Below are positions 16,113 through 23,276 of a stretch of 64,000 nt of DNA, in pieces. The stretch is from a virus: positions 1-64,000 of the IMG/VR virus record IMGVR_UViG_3300025096_000001; one strand, 5' to 3'. Each line of letters opens with the position of its first letter. The stretch's first letter is position 1. The notes below the pieces were generated by a model. It ran no database searches, was not told where the DNA came from, and saw only the letters and a list, made by a program, of their open reading frames with translations. Made by a program: the position numbers and the translations under genes.

Positions 16113-17051
16113 CTATATTGCCGATAATAAATCTAATAATAAATAGTCGTCGTTATCGATAAATACAGCATTGTTTTTTCTTTCTTCAAATATGCTCTTT
16201 GGCATCGAACCTACATCTTCGTATCCGGCGACATCGATCTTATAAAGTTCGATATCATATTTAAGCAACGTCTTAATAACCCGACGCTCTTTGTCTGCGG
16301 CATCTGGGTCGAGGGCAATGAAGACTGGGGTGTCGTTTTTAACGATTTCTCGTATAAGTTCGGAGTCAGACCGTAATGTTGAACCCAATATAGGAACAGC
16401 GTTTCCTGCGACCAGTGCATCAAAAATTCCCTCTACTATGGTTAAATCTTTATTCCAGTCGATATATAGGTGGTTAAAAATTATATTCTTCGAAGCTTTG
16501 GGGTTTTTATATTTATAAGAATCTCCGGAATATGATCGACCAACAAAGTAATTCACATCGCCGTCATTATCAAAGGACGGAAAAATAATTCTATTTCTAT
16601 ATTCGCCGCTGAAGCAATATCCTATCTTCCATCGTATGATATCGTCTTTCGTAATGCCGCGGGATTCTAAATAGCGCAAAGCATATAAGCCCGTGGCGGG
16701 TATGTTGCTGTGACAAAGGCTTACGAATTCTGACGGGAGTTCGAGTTTCTGCGGGCTTTCTCCAGACTCTGGTGCCATAAAGAGGTCAGCAAATCTTTCA
16801 AGATCTGACCGGTTTGTAATTGCGTCCCATTTCTGTAGTTGTGTATACGAACCAAAACGCCTAACAACACGCCTAATATTACGACCGCGATAATCGCAAA
16901 CCCAACACTTATAAGCATTTTTATCCAAGTTAACTGAGAACTTACGCTTGTGGTGATTGCATGCCGGACACGCGAAAAGTAATTCGTTGCCTTTGTCTGA
17001 GTAGTGCCCAAGCGTTTCATACAGGATCTTCTTTGCTTCTTTTCTGTTCAT
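16113..17051 (-). CDS. DNA primase (DnaG/T7 gp4-type zinc finger plus Toprim, no helicase domain)
   Basis: - The zinc finger is CPACNHHKRKF...CWVC.
- RYLESRGI, RIIFPSFD and YKYKNPKAS are primase core-like blocks.
- The Toprim motifs are IVEGIFDAL and IALDPDAAD. Confidence 0.85.
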   Translation of the reverse strand: MNRKEAKKILYETLGHYSDKGNELLFACPACNHHKRKFSVNLDKNAYKCWVCDYRGRNIRRVVRRFGSYTQLQKWDAITNRSDLERFADLFMAPESGESPQKLELPSEFVSLCHSNIPATGLYALRYLESRGITKDDIIRWKIGYCFSGEYRNRIIFPSFDNDGDVNYFVGRSYSGDSYKYKNPKASKNIIFNHLYIDWNKDLTIVEGIFDALVAGNAVPILGSTLRSDSELIREIVKNDTPVFIALDPDAADKERRVIKTLLKYDIELYKIDVAGYEDVGSMPKSIFEERKNNAVFIDNDDYLLLDLLSAI

Positions 17052-17068
17052 GTGCCACCCTCATTTAT

Positions 17069-17097
17069 AAGGTAACACAATCCATAAGTGATGTCAA
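17069..17097 (-). promoter_or_regulatory. sigma70-type promoter upstream of primase
   Basis: The minus strand reads cTTGACAt, then 17 nt, then TACCTT. The SD GAGGGTGG and the ATG at 17051 follow. Confidence 0.5.
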
Positions 17098-17110
17098 GAA
17101 GTTTTTGCTA

Positions 17111-17497
17111 TCAAGTAGTTACGTATCTGACGGTTGCCGGTGTGGCTAACACTGCGGTCGAACCTTCGGCTGCTCCGGTTGTACACCAGTGACTAAAGCC
17201 GTTATCAAATACAATTCCTTCTGGGAACACATAACTACGCTTAGAACTCGCAGGGCAGAGCAAAACCATCGACGCTGCTGTTGTGCCTGCCGTGGCGTTT
17301 GTAGTGTCGGCTAATTTAAAAAATATATCAGTTGAGTAAGAAGAATTGTCAATTTCTACCAGATAAAGCGTGCCGGCAGCACCGGTTGCATTGTCGGTCG
17401 CGGCGACAGCGCTGCTTCCCGCGTCGGCTCCGCAGCTGTTGTCTTGAACAATTTTGCTGCCCAGTGGACTTGTTTGATTGGTAACGGTAACGGCCAT
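17111..17497 (-). CDS. hypothetical Ala/Thr/Ser/Gly-rich 128-aa protein (possibly abundant or structural; function unknown)
   Basis: The ORF track gives 17111..17542. The ATG at 17497 has AAGGAGA 8 nt upstream. The longer form would start inside the terminator flank. Confidence 0.55.
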   Translation of the reverse strand: MAVTVTNQTSPLGSKIVQDNSCGADAGSSAVAATDNATGAAGTLYLVEIDNSSYSTDIFFKLADTTNATAGTTAASMVLLCPASSKRSYVFPEGIVFDNGFSHWCTTGAAEGSTAVLATPATVRYVTT

Positions 17498-17540
17498 TTT
17501 ATAATTCTCCTTATTATATAATACTCTATATAGTTCACTC

Positions 17541-17576
17541 AAAACAAAACAAGCCCTCGTTTACCGAGGGCTTGTT
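17541..17576 (-). terminator. intrinsic terminator after the FKBP gene
   Basis: The minus-strand RNA is AACAAGCCCUCG-GUAAA-CGAGGGCUUGUU followed by UUGUUUUG. The stem is 12 bp (17548..17576). Confidence 0.8.
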
Positions 17577-17591
17577 ATTATTTGTATTCTA

Positions 17592-18155
17592 TTATCCCTG
17601 AAGGGCAGCGATAAGTTGCTTCTTAGTCGTACGTGTATTGACGTCCAATCCACGCTCGCGAGCGAATTCAAGAAGTTGGGCTTTCTTCATCTTCGGAGTC
17701 CATGTTCCGCTGGTTACCGAAACTTCTCCACCATCGACCGAGACAACCTCGATCTCAAAGCTAAGATGTTGGCCGGCCAATGGATGGTTCATATCAAGAA
17801 CCACATGATCGTCCTGAAGTTCGAAGATCTTTGCCAAGAATGGGCCTGCTGGGCCGTTTCCTTGAATAGTCCCTCCGACACGAAACTCAAAATCTGGACC
17901 AAAGGCTTCCCGAGGTACCTTCTGGAAGGCATTCTCGTTGCGTGGGCCATATGCGGCATCCGGCTCTAGAGTGACCGATTTAGTCTCTCCGACAGCCATT
18001 CCCACAACCGCATCATTAAAGCCACGAATCATCCGGGGTGATCCAACTTCAAAGTTAATTGCAGTTCCGCGTGTTCTCGAATTATCAAATTCGGTACCAT
18101 CCGAGAGGGTACCTTTGTAATGGACACTAACATTGTGTCCGGTTGTTACTTTCAT
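17592..18155 (-). CDS. FKBP-type peptidyl-prolyl isomerase, SlyD-like, with C-terminal HeH/Rho-N-like helix-extended-helix tail
   Basis: VHYKGTLSDGTEFDNS, an IF-domain-like insert and DMNHPLAGQHLSFEIEVVSV are typical of SlyD/FkpB. The tail is KMKKAQLLEFARERGLDVNTRTTKKQLIAALQG. AGGAGA is the SD. Confidence 0.85.
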   Translation of the reverse strand: MKVTTGHNVSVHYKGTLSDGTEFDNSRTRGTAINFEVGSPRMIRGFNDAVVGMAVGETKSVTLEPDAAYGPRNENAFQKVPREAFGPDFEFRVGGTIQGNGPAGPFLAKIFELQDDHVVLDMNHPLAGQHLSFEIEVVSVDGGEVSVTSGTWTPKMKKAQLLEFARERGLDVNTRTTKKQLIAALQG

Positions 18156-18191
18156 TTTATCTCCTAGGTATGATGAAAGATCATCTTAATT

Positions 18192-18220
18192 ATAGTAACA
18201 TGTAATCCTACACATGTCAA
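18192..18220 (-). promoter_or_regulatory. sigma70-type promoter upstream of the FKBP gene
   Basis: The minus strand reads cTTGACAt, then 17 nt, then TACTAT. TATAAT is found 3 nt further on. It follows the Hsp20 terminator directly. Confidence 0.6.
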
Positions 18221-18222
18221 GT

Positions 18223-18249
18223 AGAAAATGCCCCCCATTGCAGGGGGGC
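18223..18249 (-). terminator. intrinsic terminator after the Hsp20 gene
   Basis: The minus-strand RNA is GCCCCCC-UGCAAU-GGGGGGC followed by AUUUUCU. The stem is 7 bp, all G:C (18230..18249). Confidence 0.8.
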
Positions 18250-18255
18250 TTGATT

Positions 18256-18741
18256 TCAGCGAATCTCAATCTTGTGCACAGCGGGTTCAATGTTCGTAGG
18301 CTGAACCTTCGGAAGTGTGATAGTTAAGATTCCATTTTCAAACGCGCCTGAGATGTCTCTTTCCACCAGATTATCCCCGAGGCGGAAGGAGCGTGCGAAT
18401 GCGGAGCGTTTAACTTCTCGCTTAACATATTGCGAATCTTCAACATTGGCACGTTGGTTGCTCTCGGCCTTGATCGTAAGTACGCCGTCCACAACCTCAA
18501 CAGATACGTCTTCTTTTGTAAGCCCCGGAATTGCGGCTTCAATTTCAACGCGATCATCAAAATTCAATACATTGCACTTTGGATATGATCCTTGTACAAA
18601 AAAGTCTTGTCCGAACTCCTGATGGAATGTTGGAAACATATCTCCCATCAAGTTATTGAATATTTCATCAAATGGAGTCAGGAATTCCCGCTTTGAAATT
18701 TGGCGCGCGGGTTGGGCGCCTCTACGAATAAGATTTGGCAT
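18256..18741 (-). CDS. hsp20: small heat-shock protein (Hsp20/alpha-crystallin family)
   Basis: The alpha-crystallin domain reads IEAAIPGLTKEDVSVEVVDGVLTIKAE ... FARSFRLGDNLVERDISGAFENGILTITLPK. The ATG at 18741 with AAGGAG upstream is preferred to the ORF-track start at 18762. Confidence 0.85.
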   Translation of the reverse strand: MPNLIRRGAQPARQISKREFLTPFDEIFNNLMGDMFPTFHQEFGQDFFVQGSYPKCNVLNFDDRVEIEAAIPGLTKEDVSVEVVDGVLTIKAESNQRANVEDSQYVKREVKRSAFARSFRLGDNLVERDISGAFENGILTITLPKVQPTNIEPAVHKIEIR

Positions 18742-18776
18742 TTTATTTCTCCTTTTTATCATTGTTAGTATAAAAT

Positions 18777-18804
18777 GACGAACAGGTACAATACTCTGTT
18801 CGTC
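18777..18804 (-). promoter_or_regulatory. perfect 9-bp inverted repeat with 10-nt spacer at the start of the hsp20 leader
   Basis: The sequence is GACGAACAG-N10-CTGTTCGTC. It begins about 6 nt downstream of the -10 element and does not cover the SD at about 18750. Confidence 0.6.
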
Positions 18805-18809
18805 TTATA

Positions 18810-18837
18810 AATATAACCCTTTTTGAAATAATGTCAA
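18810..18837 (-). promoter_or_regulatory. sigma70-type promoter upstream of hsp20
   Basis: The minus strand reads cTTGACAt, then 16 nt, then TATATT. Confidence 0.6.
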
Positions 18838-18846
18838 GCTTTTTTC

Positions 18847-19401
18847 TTAATTATTTTGTTCCAAGTTATAGCCGGCTTTAGCTACAACAATAGCATCGGC
18901 GCGGTCATAGCTTTCTGGCTTTGGATTACCATATCTTGTATATTCTATCTTAAATGCTGGTTCGTTTTTAAGAAGATGTTCTAGCGCAACCTGTTTTGCT
19001 TTCTGGCCTCTTGGGACTTTAATGCCGGCATGTTTTCTAGCGGATGAGGCTCCAATAAACTTTGGCTTGATTTCAAACAATTCATAAATAAGCCATGATG
19101 CTATGCCATTAAATCGGGTGAGTGTTGAGAGAGTTTTAGCCGACGACTTGCCGCCCATAAACATATGGAGCGATTGTTCGATATAAATATGTTCTATCGG
19201 ATAATCAGAATTGCCAAAATGAACTTCGTTATCCAACTGATACATTTCATATAGATCTAACAATTTCTCTTTAAAAGCTACTGTTTTTTCAAACACATCT
19301 TTATATTTTCTAAGATCAAACGAATCATAATAAATTAACTCGCCTTCCGCAATTAATGCAACACCAGTTATACTGGTACTAATATCAAACCCAATAACCA
19401 T
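18847..19401 (-). CDS. RuvC-like Holliday junction resolvase
   Basis: MVIGFDISTSITGVALI carries the first catalytic Asp, YIEQSL the Glu, and YDRADAIVVAKA the terminal acidic pair. 184 aa. Confidence 0.7.
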   Translation of the reverse strand: MVIGFDISTSITGVALIAEGELIYYDSFDLRKYKDVFEKTVAFKEKLLDLYEMYQLDNEVHFGNSDYPIEHIYIEQSLHMFMGGKSSAKTLSTLTRFNGIASWLIYELFEIKPKFIGASSARKHAGIKVPRGQKAKQVALEHLLKNEPAFKIEYTRYGNPKPESYDRADAIVVAKAGYNLEQNN

Positions 19402-19402
19402 T

Positions 19403-19747
19403 TTAAACCTTGTAGTTTCGCCAACTAAACTTTTTTCTTTTCGCTAAATATTCTTCTGTACACATTTGGTCATAAGCTTCTTGTTCGAATCTAATTCGGA
19501 AATAAGCCTTCTGTTTGTCGCGGTATTTTATTAATCCGACAATCCAATCCCATGCATACAACATATAAAAGAATACCACAAAAAGTTCTTTTTGTTGAAC
19601 GATGTGTATACTTTCATGGTTTAATACATCATCAGACATTACTTCTCTGCTTACGATAAACGGATATAGCGTTATAGCAGATATATCTACAACCCATGAT
19701 ATTGTCTTTAGAAATTTGGGGGCTATAATCTTTATTGGTATTTTCAT
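19403..19747 (-). CDS. small hydrophobic HExxH protein (putative zincin-like metallopeptidase)
   Basis: It has the NHESIHIVQQKE motif with a downstream FEQEAY. Hydrophobic segments flank the motif. It has an ATGA overlap with the upstream structural gene. Confidence 0.4.
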   Translation of the reverse strand: MKIPIKIIAPKFLKTISWVVDISAITLYPFIVSREVMSDDVLNHESIHIVQQKELFVVFFYMLYAWDWIVGLIKYRDKQKAYFRIRFEQEAYDQMCTEEYLAKRKKFSWRNYKV

Positions 19748-21054
19748 ATATCCAACTTGAGTTTGAATGTATAGTCCTGATTTTCTTCTTTTAATACTGG
19801 AGAACCTAGCGTAGCGACTCCTATCAGATTCTTGCTTTTGTCATATATCGCCACTTTAGAGATATAGACTTGCCTTTTAAAAGAGGCAGAGTGCTTGAGG
19901 TAACTTGAGCTTACGAAATTCACCAGTTCTACCTCATCATTCTCATGATATACCGTGGAGGATGTCTTAAAAATTAATTCTTGGCCTTTTTTAATAAATG
20001 TTGGATTGTTAGAATAATTAACTTCCCCTCGTTTTGCGTGAGCGAACATTGTTAGCACCTGGGTTTCTGTGCGGCCTTTAAATGACATTGCAAAAGACGC
20101 CGAGTTGAATGTTGCGCCGGTGTCGCTTGTGTTGTTGCCGTCGTTCGCGCCGGCAGCAAAATACTTCCAGCGAGGAGCGTCGGACAACGCGGCTCGGCCG
20201 CGGGCAGCAGAGTGCATGTGAATAGATTTGTTATTCAACTTCCACGAGCCTGTTAACAAGATGAACCCCTCATCATACATTACAACGCCCGCTACTTTAC
20301 CATTGTAGAGTGGGGAGTCTGATGAGGTTACTTGTATCAATTCTCCGTTTTGATTCTTGTCTCTTAATTCTCCGGCTAATGAACCAGTAAAATACCACTT
20401 AAGTGACACCGTTCCAGGCTCGATTCGAGAACCATAAAAAATAGATGGTATATGTATTATATTTAGCGGAGCTTCGTTTTTGGTCCGCGGAAATAGTGAT
20501 GAAGATACCAGATAATGTTCGCTTCTTGCTCCCAAATAATTCAATCTGTTTTTGAGTGCCATATACGATGCGCTATATATGCCCTTGCCGGTTTCGTCGT
20601 CTCCATCTACGTCGAGAGAAGAAGAGGGTAATCCAATATACTGACTTGTAATCGAGGCTGATAATGGGTACTCTGATCGGATGATATCTCCAACATCGAA
20701 CTCGGTTGCGTAGGACACTTCTCCAACAGTCTTAAAACTTGAACCAGCGGAATCTTTTGAGATCCATGGATAGATCATATTATTGTCAGGTATAGAAGGG
20801 TCGAGACCGACATAGCGACCGGTCGTGTGTTCGCCGCGGTCAATATTATATTCATACAAGTTTATATAACCGGCTGGAACGTTCCTAACTTTATGAGCAA
20901 CAGCGGAGCCGTCATGCCATGGTGGACGAACGCCAGGGAGATCTGGCATTTGGTTATAATAAACCTTTCCGTTGTAAATAAAAAAGTCCACGCTCGGAAA
21001 CGAGCGCATAGTGTTTGTTAAAACTTCGTGCTTTTTAAATTTCTTAAATGCCAT
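19744..21054 (-). CDS. virion structural protein, paralog of 21067..22176 (shared C-terminal block)
   Basis: Its C-terminus ISKVAIYDKSKNLIGVATLGSPVLKEENQDYTFKLKLDI aligns with ITTVGLYNGSGELLAVAKLSEPLRKDPTNDVTIRVRLDY in the neighbour. Confidence 0.45.
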   Translation of the reverse strand: MAFKKFKKHEVLTNTMRSFPSVDFFIYNGKVYYNQMPDLPGVRPPWHDGSAVAHKVRNVPAGYINLYEYNIDRGEHTTGRYVGLDPSIPDNNMIYPWISKDSAGSSFKTVGEVSYATEFDVGDIIRSEYPLSASITSQYIGLPSSSLDVDGDDETGKGIYSASYMALKNRLNYLGARSEHYLVSSSLFPRTKNEAPLNIIHIPSIFYGSRIEPGTVSLKWYFTGSLAGELRDKNQNGELIQVTSSDSPLYNGKVAGVVMYDEGFILLTGSWKLNNKSIHMHSAARGRAALSDAPRWKYFAAGANDGNNTSDTGATFNSASFAMSFKGRTETQVLTMFAHAKRGEVNYSNNPTFIKKGQELIFKTSSTVYHENDEVELVNFVSSSYLKHSASFKRQVYISKVAIYDKSKNLIGVATLGSPVLKEENQDYTFKLKLDI

Positions 21055-21066
21055 ACTTTTACCATC

Positions 21067-22176
21067 TCAATAGTCTAAGCGGACTCGGATGGTAACATCG
21101 TTAGTGGGATCTTTCCTAAGAGGTTCTGATAGTTTAGCTACTGCGAGAAGCTCGCCGCTTCCATTATATAAGCCAACTGTGGTGATGTATGACACCGGAT
21201 GATCTGCTGCGTCGTTCTTAACAACAATTTTACTGCCGCTAGTGTAGGTTGGATTTGCACTATAGTTAAATCTGTTATGTGGTACACGACAGAAATATAT
21301 CTTTGAATTGATTTCAGTTGTATTGTTGAACGAAATGTTTTTAATTCTATGCCGTAAAGCGTCACAAGAGGCTGAAATTGAAGCGCTTCTAAATGTGTCT
21401 GCAACACTAAGATTTCCTGCATAGTGGCCCTTATTAGTTGCAAACTCTGCAGCAACGCGAGGATCACCCCAATCCGCTGCGCTGGCTGACGTAAATGCAG
21501 AAGAGGAAAGCACTACAATTCCCGCTTGATAAAATACAAGGCCGTGAACTGTTGACGACTTCTTGACGTCGCCACTATCGTATAAGAGTCCGTATTCTCC
21601 GCCATCACAAATGCCCACATTAGAGCTATCAGTTGATGCAGACACATCAGATAATATTCTGGCTTTAACGGCACTACCGCTTGTCATAAACGGTTTGTCC
21701 CAAGATCCTGTTCCGAGAGTCATCGAGAAAGAGCCTTTCTTGACTTGGTCTTTTGTTAGAAGCCTTGAGAAACTAATAAAGAAGCACTCCTTCATAAGCC
21801 CTGCGCCGTCGCTGTTCAGATCGCCCTCAAATCTACGAATACCATCGGCAGTTGAGCCAGTATAACCAAGTAAAAGTTGCGCGAACTGGTTGTACATGTT
21901 TATCTTTTTCTTCTGCATAACACGTCTCAAGCTTGACGAAAGGTATGATGATTCATCGTACCCTACAGTTATATCAAGAATATGGTTTGCGGAAGAACTC
22001 AAATATGGATAATCATACACAGATTGAAATTGGCCGTGCGTATAGTCTTTAACGTTTCTTTCTGAACGAAATGCTCCATAAGTTCCACTAACTATAGTAC
22101 CAGTAAGCGGAAGAACCTCATGAAGTAAGGTTCTGGTTTCAGTAGTGTCTGTGACATCTAAATAATTTCTTGGCAT
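21067..22176 (-). CDS. virion structural protein, paralog of 19744..21054
   Basis: It shares the C-terminal block described for 19744..21054. The role is inferred from position inside the tail module. Confidence 0.45.
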   Translation of the reverse strand: MPRNYLDVTDTTETRTLLHEVLPLTGTIVSGTYGAFRSERNVKDYTHGQFQSVYDYPYLSSSANHILDITVGYDESSYLSSSLRRVMQKKKINMYNQFAQLLLGYTGSTADGIRRFEGDLNSDGAGLMKECFFISFSRLLTKDQVKKGSFSMTLGTGSWDKPFMTSGSAVKARILSDVSASTDSSNVGICDGGEYGLLYDSGDVKKSSTVHGLVFYQAGIVVLSSSAFTSASAADWGDPRVAAEFATNKGHYAGNLSVADTFRSASISASCDALRHRIKNISFNNTTEINSKIYFCRVPHNRFNYSANPTYTSGSKIVVKNDAADHPVSYITTVGLYNGSGELLAVAKLSEPLRKDPTNDVTIRVRLDY

Positions 22177-22185
22177 CTTTAACTC

Positions 22186-23223
22186 CTAAGTAGCTCTTCT
22201 AACAATTCTGACTGGTATTGATAGGGTAACACCAGAAGTGTTCCCGGTGATGTGAACCATCGTATCGATGTAATCGAAGGTTTTTCCTCCTCCAATCCCA
22301 GATATAGCTTTACCAGTCTTTCCATAATCGCTATATTTGGTTGAACGGAGGCCGGCCATTTGAGTTTGTAATACACTCTCAACTGCGGGCCTGAAAAGTG
22401 TTACAGACGCTCCGGGGCCTCTGATTTTTGTATAATCGTTATAATCGCCCTCTGAAGATATATATATTTGATTTGGCGAGGACTGCACTGTATAATTCTT
22501 ATAGTGTAGGCGGGTACCCGAGGAGGTACGTGTAGAAGCCCCTGTTGTGACCGAAGATGCCACTGGGGATGTTGGTGCTGTTCCCGAGTCACTATTAGCG
22601 TACGCAGAGGCGCCGGAACTTAAACCATACACATTATTTATAAATCTACCATCTACCGACACTGTGTACGAAGAATCAACAAGGCCGTCAGAATCTGATA
22701 TTGCTGAAGTTCTTCCTTCCGCTGTTTTATCTAGTGCGGTCGAATCAAAGCCTGTTTCCAAATATATTGCTTTTGTGCCGGCGGATCCGCCCTTTGTCGT
22801 CTTATTAGTGCCATCGAATGGCGAACTAGTTGTTAACAGGGCGTCATAAGTTTCTTGATTGACAGCAATCCAATACTTATCCAAGTAAGTATACAATATT
22901 CCGAGATCTGATACTGCTGTTTTTTCTAATCTATACATTTCTGGCATGTAGAGAATATCGTTGCGAGTAAAAGTTAGGAGGCCATAATTAATATTTGCAT
23001 TAATATCTGTAAAGCTTTCCAAGACGGGCGTTTGTAAAATTTCCAAATCATAGTAAGCTGAACCACTTGGGTGGTTCTTGTCATATAAACCATAGTTTAT
23101 TTCATCATCCCCAAGTGAAAACTGGGATATGTTAAGGCCGGTGCCCGAACTAAGTGCGGCACGACCCTTCTTTGTTAAGACCGCATCTAAAATGATGTCG
23201 CCAGAGTTATCTAAAAAGGCCAT
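22186..23223 (-). CDS. virion structural protein, paralog of 23277..24353
   Basis: It shares the N-terminal block IILDAVLTxxGRxxxSxG...FxLGDDEIxY and the C-terminal block FDYxDTxV...RIxR. GAGGAGA is the SD. Confidence 0.45.
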   Translation of the reverse strand: MAFLDNSGDIILDAVLTKKGRAALSSGTGLNISQFSLGDDEINYGLYDKNHPSGSAYYDLEILQTPVLESFTDINANINYGLLTFTRNDILYMPEMYRLEKTAVSDLGILYTYLDKYWIAVNQETYDALLTTSSPFDGTNKTTKGGSAGTKAIYLETGFDSTALDKTAEGRTSAISDSDGLVDSSYTVSVDGRFINNVYGLSSGASAYANSDSGTAPTSPVASSVTTGASTRTSSGTRLHYKNYTVQSSPNQIYISSEGDYNDYTKIRGPGASVTLFRPAVESVLQTQMAGLRSTKYSDYGKTGKAISGIGGGKTFDYIDTMVHITGNTSGVTLSIPVRIVRRAT

Positions 23224-23276
23224 TTATTTGTTTCTCCTCATATAAATAGTTGATATTTTTTTTGTTGTCCATTTAA

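Noticed and set aside
17513-17542. A possible sigma70 promoter (TTGAGT, 18 nt, TATAAT) for the 128-aa gene.
   Set aside because: The -10 hexamer abuts the SD (17506..17512), so a transcript starting 6-8 nt downstream would lack the SD. The -35 is imperfect and lies in the terminator U-tract.
5674-18762. Longer N-terminal extensions given by the ORF track for the genes ending at 6090, 7824, 9147, 11286, 14774, 17542 and 18762.
   Set aside because: The internal ATGs have proper SD sequences, remove large overlaps and recreate conserved paralog N-termini. In the case of hsp20, the internal ATG follows AAGGAG. Two of the extensions start at TTG with no spacer to the SD.
18777-18804. The hsp20 leader inverted repeat considered as an RNA thermometer (ROSE or fourU type).
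   Set aside because: The stem does not pair with or mask the SD or start codon, which lie about 25-60 nt further downstream. Classical thermometers do mask them. I keep it only as an operator or 5-prime stem-loop candidate.
17052-23276. TATA-rich motifs abutting SD sequences (TTATAAATGAGGG at about 17055-17070, TATATAATAAGGAG at about 17505-17520 and TATTTATATGAGGAG at about 23232-23250), considered as T4-late-type promoters (TATAAATA).
   Set aside because: There are only three loose instances and their spacing to the start codons is inconsistent. Transcripts starting there would begin inside the SD. The genome is AT-rich, so chance occurrence is likely. 5-prime end mapping would be needed.
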